Shown: in pieces, positions 25,832-35,019 of the stretch
Position numbering within the stretch: position 1 is the first letter of the stretch
Layout of the letters: every line of letters begins with the position of its first letter
Origin: Macrostomum hystrix
Taxonomy: Eukaryota; Animalia; Platyhelminthes
Reading direction: 5' to 3'
NCBI GenBank assembly: GCA_950097015.1
Contig: CATNEN010000034.1
Span: 2,418,001-2,482,000, forward strand
DNA: 64,000 nt
Position numbers and translations under genes: made by a program
Notes under the pieces: model-generated
What the model was told of the DNA's origin: nothing
What the model saw: the letters and a program-made list of their open reading frames with translations, nothing else
The model's database searches: none

Positions 25832-26145
25832 CTCTAGATGTGTCACACCCATTCTAGATCTGTCACACCACTCTAGATCTCACACCCACTCTAGATCTGT
25901 CACACCCATTCTAGATCTGTCACACCACTCTAGATCTGTCACACCCATCTAGATCTGTCACACCCATTCTATATCTGTCACACCCATTCTAGATCTGTCA
26001 CACCCATTCTAGATCTGTCACACTCATTCTAGATCTTTCACACCCATTCTAGATCTGTCACACCCATTCTAGATCTGTCACACCCATTCTAGATCTGTCA
26101 CACCCATTCTAGATCTGTCACACTCATTTTAGATCTGTCACACAG
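25832..26145. repeat. 20-bp minisatellite (TCTAGATCTGTCACACCCAT)n immediately 3' of the RBR gene stop
   Basis: Period 20; each unit carries overlapping XbaI/BglII palindromes. Confidence 0.92.
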
Positions 26146-26148
26146 GGT

Positions 26149-29100
26149 TTAGTCGCCGGGCACCTGAGTCTGCCTTGGCGCCACAGTGCATGGAGTGTTG
26201 AAGTTGCCGCACTGCCACTTGCCATCGACCTTGGGCTTGAGGCAGATAAAGCAGAACTCCTGTTCGCAGACGCACTTCATGTGCTTGCAGGCGCGCACGT
26301 GCTCGATAATGATACCGCAGCGAGTGCAGGCTCGGCGCCCCGGCACACCTGCGTAAGGAGTAGTATAGCTTTTGTCAGGCTATCTCAGCGAATGGGCATT
26401 CAAACTCAGCCAGCCCATCTTGTCACTGCGGTTTTTTACTGAAGCTGCTAATTTTTACCATAGAAAAGCTTTTTAAGACCATGCTATCTCAGCTTGGGAC
26501 GAGCAATCTCAGCCAACATATAAGTTCTATGTTATTCTGTCTATAGTTTTGTTAACATTTTTAAACAGTCTATTTACAAGAGAAAAACAGGGTAACAGAA
26601 AACAGAGTATGGGATGGGATATACAAAGCAAGCTTTGAAAATGGCTACCAGAGATGATCAGTTAACAGGCTATTTCAGTTTAGTTGAAAGATACCTCCTG
26701 GATGCATTGTGGGAAGCTCCGGTTGCAGTGAATTTCCCACCTGGCTACCTTCATTGGCGTCACAACTTGCAAAGAGTCTCGGCCCACCCGCTCCAGCAGA
26801 AAAATGCGGCAAAAAGTCTGCTCGTGCTAATTTTTGATCTGCGCGTCCAGAGGTTGTACTTGTACCCCGTCTCGTCTATAGAACTTATATGTTGGCTGAG
26901 ATTGCTCGTCCCGAGCTGAGATAGCATGGTCTTAAAATGCATGTCTATGGTAAAAATTAGCAGCTTCAGTAAAAAAACCGCATTGACAAGATGGGCTGGC
27001 TGAGTTTGAATGCCCATTCGCTGAGATAGCCTGACAAAAGCTATACATCTAGGATTGTAGCCCGCCCAGATTGATCCCTATCCCAGATTGATCCCAATCC
27101 AAATTGATCCCCATCCCAGATTGATCCCCAATCCAGATTGATCCCCATCCCAGATTGATCCCCATCCCAGATTGATCCCTTTACTAAATTGATCCCGATC
27201 CCAGATTGATACCCATCCCAGATTGATCCCCAATCCAGATTGATCCCTATCCCAGATTGATCCCTATACTAAATTGATCCCGATCCCAGATTGATACCCA
27301 TCCCAGATTGATCCCCAATCCAGATTGATCCCTATACTAAATTGATCCCGATCCCAGATTGATACCCATCCCAGATTGATCCCCAATCCAGATTGATCCC
27401 TATCCCAGATTGATCCCCAATCCAGATTGATCCCCATCCCAGATTGATCCCCATCCCAGATTGATCCCTATACTAAATTGATCCCGATCCCAGATTGATA
27501 CCGATCCCAGATTGATACCCATACCAAATTGATCCCCATCCCAGATTGATCCCCATCCCAGATTGATCCCTATACTAAATTGATCCCGATCCCAGATTGA
27601 TACCGATCCCAGATTGATACCCATACCAAATTGATCCCCATCCCATATTGATCCCCATCCCATATTAATCCCCATCCCATATTGATCCCTATCCCATATT
27701 AATCCCCATCCCAGATTGATCCCTATACTAAATTGATCCCGATCCCAGATTGATACCCATACCAAATTGATCCCCATCCCAGATTGATCCCCATCCCATA
27801 TTAATCCCCATCCCATATTGATCCCCATTCCAGATTTATTCATTCCATGCCCATGACAATCCCAGATTTCCCGCACAAATTTACCCTTGACGCTGACAAT
27901 CTCCTTGTCGGGCGCCTGAGCCAGGATGGCGATGCGTGGGTCCTTGCCGGAGCAGATGTCGTTGCCGCACTTATCTTTACCAGCACCGCGCCACTGGTTT
28001 AGGCAGTACCAGCAGAACTCAAAGTATTTGCCGGGCTTTGAGCACACCGGACAGACCATGCGACGGTCTTGGTTGCTGCGCCGCTGGCAGTAGGACTGGC
28101 AGCCCGGGCACTCCTGCTCGTTTCGGGATTTGAGAAGTTTAAACTAGCACTGAATTCCCAAAAATCTCTCTTACTCATTTCCTTTTCTCTTTGTTAAGCA
28201 CTCGCATTCTCCCTGTTCTCGAATCCTATTCACACATTCCCCCAGTTCTTGATCCCCATTCTCACATTCTCCCCGTTCTTGGATCCCATTCTCAAATTCT
28301 CCCTGTTCTTGGATCCCATTCTCACATTCTCCCTGTTCTTAAATCCCATTCTCACATTCTCCCTGTTCTTAAATCCCTTTCTCACATTCTCCCTGTTCTT
28401 GGATCCCATTCTCACATTCTCCCTGTTCTTAAATCCCTTTCTCTCATTCTCCCCGTTCTTGAACCCCATTCTCACATTCTGCTTGTTCTTGAACCCCTTT
28501 TTTCATTGTTGTTAAAAATTCTACATTTTCCAGTTAAATTATCGTTTCCCTAACGCACCTGAATATTAACCGAACGGCGCAGGTAGTTCTCAGAGATTTT
28601 GCGCTCAAACTTGCGCTTCTCAGCGTCGGTGAGCACGGCGAGGCGGCGGACAACGACGTAGCTCCACTCGGCGTTGCAGCCGACGGCCGCGTTTTTCGGA
28701 TCCACCCAGGGGCAGAGGAATCGGCTGCGGCCGGTGTCCAGGAGGCTGCGGCAGTAGCTGGTGAGGCTCTCGGGCCCGATGGCATGACCGCACGGCATCT
28801 TGGCCCGCTTGTTGTCCTTGTCATCGTCCCAGGTGATCATGTCCGGCAGGTCTGTCAGCTCCACGCCATCATCCAGTGCCTGAGCGATGGGTGGCGGTTA
28901 CATTGCAACATGACCGTCAAAACTAGATAGCTGACGTTTTTAAATATCTGCTGACACCCTTCTTTGTCTGCCGACACCCTTTATCCTATCTGCCGACACC
29001 CTTTATCATATCTGCCGACACCCTTTATCCTATCTGCTGACACCCTCGCTGTCCCATCCGCAGACACCCTCGCTGACCCATCCACAGACAACCTCGCTGA

Positions 29101-30085
29101 CCCATCCACAGACAACCTCGCTGACCCATCCACAGACAACCTCGCTGACCCATCTGTAAGCCTTGCAAATACGCTTCAGAACATTGTATTTGCATGGCTC
29201 ACATGATTCGCGTACACGACGAGGCGTCCGTGGATCGATACGGCCCAGGAATGGGAGGAAGAAGTTCGGCGAGCTTTCGCTGGGGAGCGTGTGCGTGTGG
29301 GACAAAGAAACAGCTGCCCCCTGTGTTAGCAATCTCCCAGCGTTTCTCCCTCTCTCCCCATTCTGCCTCTGTTGTGCGCGCTGCTTGAATTTAAATACAC
29401 TGGAAGCGAGAGGCAGAGCTTCGCTGGCGCTTTTCATGTGACTCCGGAGTCCACAGAGAAACGGGCCTCTGGCCCGTGGAGCGTTTATCTCTCTGTTGCT
29501 GTGGCAGAAGGTAACAGGAGGACAAAACTTTCCTGTTATACCATCCACAGACAACCTCGCTGACCCATCCACAGACAACCTCGCTGTCCCATCCGCAGAC
29601 ACCCTCGCTGACCCATCCACAGACAACCTCGCTGACCCATCCACAGACAACCTCGCTGACCCATCCACAGACAACCTCGCTGACCCATCCACAGACAACC
29701 TCGCTGACCCATCCACATACAACCTCGCTGACCCAGCTGATCCTTTACCTTCGCGCCTCCGTGCAGGCGCAGCACCATGAACAGGTTGGCGTGATTCTCC
29801 AGGTGGAACTCGTTCAGGTGCTTATCCTTGTGCTGCTCAAAGTCGATAGTCTTGCTTACGTAGACCACCTGATAGGCGTTCGGCTTGAGCCCGGTCTTGT
29901 CCTCCAGCTTGCGAAACAGGTCCTTGATCTGAGCGTCCTGGACATTGTTAAGTATGCTTGTGTTTAAGTACATTCGTTTAGGATTCGTTGAGTTTGATAA
30001 TGATACAACTCACCTTGTGTATGTCAATAGCTGTTGTGGAGCCCTTGAAGCCCCTGACAAAGATTTGAATCAGGTTGTCACCCAT
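26149..30085 (-). CDS. Ubiquitin-like domain + RBR (degenerate RING1-IBR-RING2) E3 ligase, 336 aa; exons 30085-30014, 29937-29749, 28879-28559, 28113-27885, 26348-26149
   Basis: Spliced ORF of 1011 nt. Ubl MGDNLIQIFVRGFKGSTTAIDIHK|DAQIKDLFRKLEDKTG...VLRLHGG; IBR ECPGC...VCPVC...EFCWYCLNQW; RING2 ACTRCG..IEHVRACKHMKCVCEQEFCFICL. All junctions GT..AG and frame-compatible. Confidence 0.88.
26368..27041. mobile_element. Foldback/MITE-like non-autonomous DNA transposon with ~163-bp TIRs
   Basis: 26368-26530 is the near-perfect reverse complement of 26878-27041; flanked by TATA on both sides (TA or TATA TSD). Confidence 0.85.
27066..27835. repeat. 17-bp minisatellite (ATTGATCCCCATCCCAG)n in RBR intron 4
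   Basis: Period 17. Confidence 0.93.
28195..28497. repeat. 30-bp minisatellite in RBR intron 3
   Basis: (CTCACATTCTCCCTGTTCTTGGATCCCATT)n. Confidence 0.9.
28948..29736. repeat. 24-bp minisatellite (CCTCGCTGACCCATCCACAGACAA)n in RBR intron 2, split by an insertion
   Basis: Arrays at 28948-29154 and 29541-29736. Confidence 0.9.
29155..29540. mobile_element. 386-bp insertion with 5-bp TSD; probable solo LTR
   Basis: Unique sequence TGTAAG...TGTTATA flanked by duplicated CCATC (29150-29154 / 29541-29545), which occurs once per intact repeat unit. Confidence 0.65.
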
Positions 30086-30394
30086 TCTAAGAGACTAACT
30101 ATAAATCTGCTTATTTCATTATTAAAATCTTTCCAAAACGAAAAACGAAAATTGGCCTGTAGAAACCAGCCGCTAATATGGAAATTTTTAGTGCCAGTAT
30201 AACAAGGTTCTAAACAGCGTACATTAGTGTTGCATCGAATGTCTAGCAAGGCCAATACACATTTCTGCAACATGGATCTAATTCACTTGCACGAGAGTAC
30301 ACTGAACCTGTACAATTTATAATACGGTACTTCTAAATTTAACCCGCCGCTTTTGCAGATGAGACACACACTGTACTATACAGTTCTTATAGTA

Positions 30395-32750
30395 CCGTGT
30401 ATTATGGGATTCTGCACTGAGGTTTATGCCACTCCAATCTGTGTTATGGGATTCTGCAGTGAGGTTTATGCCACTCAAATCTGTGTTATGGGATTCTGCA
30501 GTGAGGTTTATGCCACTCAAATCTGTGTTATGGGATTCTGCTGAGGTTTACGCCACTCAAATCTGTGTTATGGGATTCAGCTGTGAGGTTTACGCCACTC
30601 AAATCTGTGTTATGGGATTCTGCTGTGAGGTTTACGCCACTCAAATCTGTGTTATGGGATTCAGCTGTGAGGTTTACGCCACTCAAATCTGTGTTATGGG
30701 ATTCAGCCGTGAGGTTTATGCCACTCCAATCTGTGTTATGGGATTCTGCTGAGGTTTACGCCACTCCAATCTGTGTTATGGGATTCTGCTGAGGTTTACG
30801 CCACTCCAATCTGTGTTATGGGATTCTGCTGAGGTTAACGCCACTCAAATCTGTGTTATGGGATTCAGCAGTGAGGTTTACGCCACTCAAATCTGTGTTA
30901 TGGGATTCAGCAGTGAGGTTTACGCCACTCAAATCTGTTTTATGGGATTCTGCTGTGAGGTTTACGCCACTCCAATTTTTGTTATGGGATTCTGCTGTGA
31001 GGTTTACGCCACTCAAATCTGTGTTATGAGATTCTGCTGTGAGGTTTACGCCACTCAAATCTGTGTTATGAGATTCTGCTGTGAGGTTTACGCCACTCAA
31101 ATCTGTGTTATGGGATTCTGCTGAGGTTTACGCCACTCAAATCTGTGTTATGGGATTCTGCTGTGAGGTTTATGCCACTCCAATCTGTTTTATGGGATTC
31201 TGCTGTGAGGTTTACGCCACTCAAATCTGTGTTATGGGATTCTGCTGAGGTTTTTGCCACTCAAATCTGTGTTATGGGATTCTGCTGAGGTTTACGCCAC
31301 TCAAATCTGTGTTATGGGATTCTGCTGAGGTTTACGCCACTCAAATCTGTGTTATGGGATTCTGCTGAGGTTTACGCCACTCAAATCTGTGTTATGGGAT
31401 TCAGCTGTGAGGTTTACGCCACTCAAATCTGTTTTATTGGATTCTGCTGTGAGGTTTACGCCACTCCAATTTTTGTTATGGGATTCTGCTGTGAGGTTTA
31501 CGCCACTCAAATCTGTGTTATGAGATTCTGCTGTGAGGTTTACGCCACTCAAATCTGTGTTATGGGATTCTGCTGTGAGGTTTACGCCACTCAAATCTGT
31601 GTTATGGGATTCTGCTGTGAGGTTTACGCCACTCCAATCTGTTTTATGGGATTCTGCTGTGAGGTTTATGCCACTCAAATCTGTGTTATGGGATTCTGCT
31701 GTGAGGTTTACGCCACTCCAATCTGTATTATGGGATTCTGCTGTGAGGTTTATGCCACTCAAATCTGTGTTATGGGATTCAGCTGTGAGGTTTATGCCAC
31801 TCCAATCTGTGTTATGGGATTCTGCTGTGAGGTTTACGCCACTCAAATCTGTGTTATGGGATTCTGCTGTGAGGTTTACGCCACTCAAATCTGTGTTATG
31901 GGATTCTGCTGTGAGGTTTACGCCACTCAAATCTGTGTTATGAGATTCTGCTGTGAGGTTTACGCCACTCAAATCTGTGTTATGGGATTCTGCTGTGAGG
32001 TTTACGCCACTCAAATCTGTGTTATGGGATTCAGCCGTGAGGTTTATGCCACTCCAATCTGTGTTATGGGATTCTGCTGAGGTTTACGCCACTCAAATCT
32101 GTGTTATGGGATTCTGCTGAGGTTAACGCCACTCAAATCTGTGTTATGGGATTCAGCAGTGAGGTTTACGCCACTCAAATCTGTGTTATGGGATTCAGCA
32201 GTGAGGTTTACGCCACTCAAATCTGTGTTATGGGATTCAGCAGTGAGGTTTACGCCACTCAAATCTGTTTTATGGGATTCTGCTGTGAGGTTTACGCCAC
32301 TCCAATTTTTGTTATGGGATTCTGCTGTGAGGTTTACGCCACTCAAATCTGTGTTATGAGATTCTGCTGTGAGGTTTACGCCACTCAAATCTGTGTTATG
32401 AGATTCTGCTGTGAGGTTTACGCCACTCAAATCTGTGTTATGGGATTCTGCTGTGAGGTTTACGCCACTCAAATCTGTGTTATGGGATTCTGCTGTGAGG
32501 TTTATGCCACTCCAATCTGTTTTATGGGATTCTGCTGTGAGGTTTACGCCACTCAAATCTGTGTTATGGGATTCTGCTGAGGTTTATGCCACTCAAATCT
32601 GTGTTATGGGATTCTGCTGAGGTTTACGCCACTCAAATCTGTGTTATGGGATTCTGCTGAGGTTTACGCCACTCAAATCTGTGTTATGGGATTCTGCTGA
32701 GGTTTACGCCACTCCAATCTGTTTTATGGGATTCTGCAGTGAGGCTTATG
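30395..32750. repeat. 42-bp (40-bp variant) minisatellite, ~2.35 kb
   Basis: (GTGAGGTTTACGCCACTCAAATCTGTGTTATGGGATTCTGCT)n. Confidence 0.95.
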
Positions 32751-33371
32751 TATTGTAATCAATCAAGTGTAAAAATGAATATAAGACAGAGATGGCATAC
32801 ATTTTAGGAGATCAGGTATTCGAAGTAATATTATTATACAGATTTTCAATTGGGCCAAGCTTTAAAATTCGATCCTAAAGGGCAATGGTTAAATTATTCA
32901 GTATAATTTAGTCTTGTTTATTTGATACTCAGAGACAGTAGAGGACATTTTAAGAAGATAATATAACATATTTATTAGCAATTTACGAGTAGTTTTTTAT
33001 GTTGAGGATAGCAAAGAAATATTACAAGTTTCAGCATGGAGTAATAGCCGCACAAACTTCATATTATCATATGTTATATTCCGTGTTACTTACTAATGTG
33101 TAAAGATAACACACAGAACAGACATTGACGCGGATAAATTTTACAACAACTAAATTAACAGCTTTCCATTCTAATATTTCATTCTGGGAGAACTTTAAAC
33201 TAGGATGAAACAAAGCACAACAAACTGTTGAGTGGCCTTACTATCTACTAAAAGTAGTATACAATGAGTATCTACCGTATTTTTTTACTATAAGTTTTGT
33301 TCACAAATAAATATCCCGTTGTTATTCTGTCAAAGAGTACTTCACATTGAAGAGCTGCTCCGCTTTTGAGC

Positions 33372-34095
33372 AGAGATGAAGGGAGCGAGCCGGAAATGAA
33401 GGGAGCGAGGCAGAGATGAGGGGAGCGAGGCGGAGATGAAGGGAGCGAGTCAGAGATGAGGGGAGCGAGGCGGAGATGAAGGGAGCGAGTCAGAGATGAG
33501 GGGAGCGAGGCGGAAATGAAGGGAGCGAGGCAGAGATGAGGGGAGCGAGGCAGAGATGAGGGGAGCGAGGCGGAAATGAAGGGAGCGAGGCAGAGATGAG
33601 GGGAGCGAGGCGGAAATGAAGGGAGCGAGGCAGAGATGAGGGGAGCGAGGCGGAAATGAAGGGAGCGAGGCAGAGATGAGGGGAGCGAGGCAGAGATGAG
33701 GGGAGCGAGGCGGAAATGAAGGGAGCGAGGCAGAGATGAGGGGAGCGAGGCGGAAATGAAGGGAGCGAGTCAGAGATGAGGGGAGCGAGGCGGAAATGAA
33801 GGGAGCGAGGCAGAGATGAGGGGAGCGAGGCGGAAATGAAGGGAGCGAGGCAGAGATGAGGGGAGCGAGGCGGATATGAAGGGAGCGAGTCAGAGATGAG
33901 GGGAGCGAGGCGGAAATGAAGGGAGCGAGGCAGAGATGAGGGGAGCGAGGCGGAAATGAGGGGAACGAGGCAGAGATGAAAGGATCGAGGCAGAGATGAA
34001 GGGAACGAGGCAGAGATGAAGGGAGCGAGGCGGAGGTGAAGGGAACGAGGCGGAGATGAGGGGAGCGAGGCATAGATGAAGGGAGCGAGGCAGAG
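33372..34095. repeat. 20-bp purine-rich minisatellite with alternating subtypes
   Basis: CAGAGATGAGGGGAGCGAGG alternating with CGGAAATGAAGGGAGCGAGG. Confidence 0.93.
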
Positions 34096-34607
34096 AAGTA
34101 GTAGGGAGACAACATGAGACAGACACACCTGAAAACACTGTTAATCATTATCCAGCTTGTGAAATAACGAGGGCAGCGTAATTTAATCAGCATAGCAACA
34201 GGGGCCAACTGACAGGGCACACTAAAACAAGTGTAAACCAACAGAATTATAATTAATAAACAAGCAGAAAAACGCAATCTTACACTCGACATCGAGTCGA
34301 TCTGGGAATAAATAAAGCAAAAAATACACAAAAAATATGTTGTCAAACTAATTGTAAAAAAATTATTAAGAAGCGAGCGAGACAAACCGACTGTGCTGAT
34401 AGTTGCATAACTCCATTGTTAGAGTGCAAACCATTCTATTTGTTGCTCACATCCTTGATTGGTTTGACCGAACATATTCGATTTCTTCAGCTGAAAATAT
34501 AAGGATAGATAAACGTTTGTTAAGTGTCTACTTCTACCAAGGATATTCCAAATTGTCTTTAAAAAAGTGTATCCCCAATACTTCGAAACAATTAAGCATA
34601 AGCGTTT

Positions 34608-34962
34608 GAGTCGCGAATGATGCGTGAGTTGTCAGAGAAGAGTTTGAGTCGTTAGAGTTGCGTTTAAGTCGTTAGAGATGCGTTTGAGTCGTTAGAGATG
34701 CGTTTGAGTCGTAGGAGATGCAGTTCAGTCGTTAGAGATGTGTTTGAATCGTTAGAGATGTGCTTGAATCGTTAGAGATGCAGTTGAGTCGTTAGAGATG
34801 CAGTTGAGTCGTTAGAGATGCAGTTGAGTCGTTAGAGATGCATTTGAGTCGTTAGAGATGCAGTTGAGTCGTTAGAGATGCGTTTGAGTCGTTAGAGATG
34901 CATTTGAGTCGTTAGAGATTCGTTTGAGTCGTTAAAGATACGTTTGAATCGTTAGAGATGCG
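34608..34962. repeat. 20-bp minisatellite (GAGTCGTTAGAGATGCAGTT)n
   Basis: Period 20. Confidence 0.9.
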
Positions 34963-35019
34963 ATTTTGATCCCGCAAACTTTTTAGGGATATTTTTACCT
35001 CCCTCCTTGGTCGCTCGGT

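Noticed and set aside
29536-29973. ATG at 29973 as start of the Ubl-RBR gene
   Set aside because: It lies in a 76-nt intron; the upstream exon 30085-30014 supplies the ubiquitin-like first strands (IQIFVRGFKG).
30395-32750. Cys-rich periodic ORFs (CCEVYATQICVMGF) and CRISPR-like regularity
   Set aside because: Pure tandem units with no unique spacers, frame-breaking 40-bp variants, no cas genes, and a eukaryotic context.
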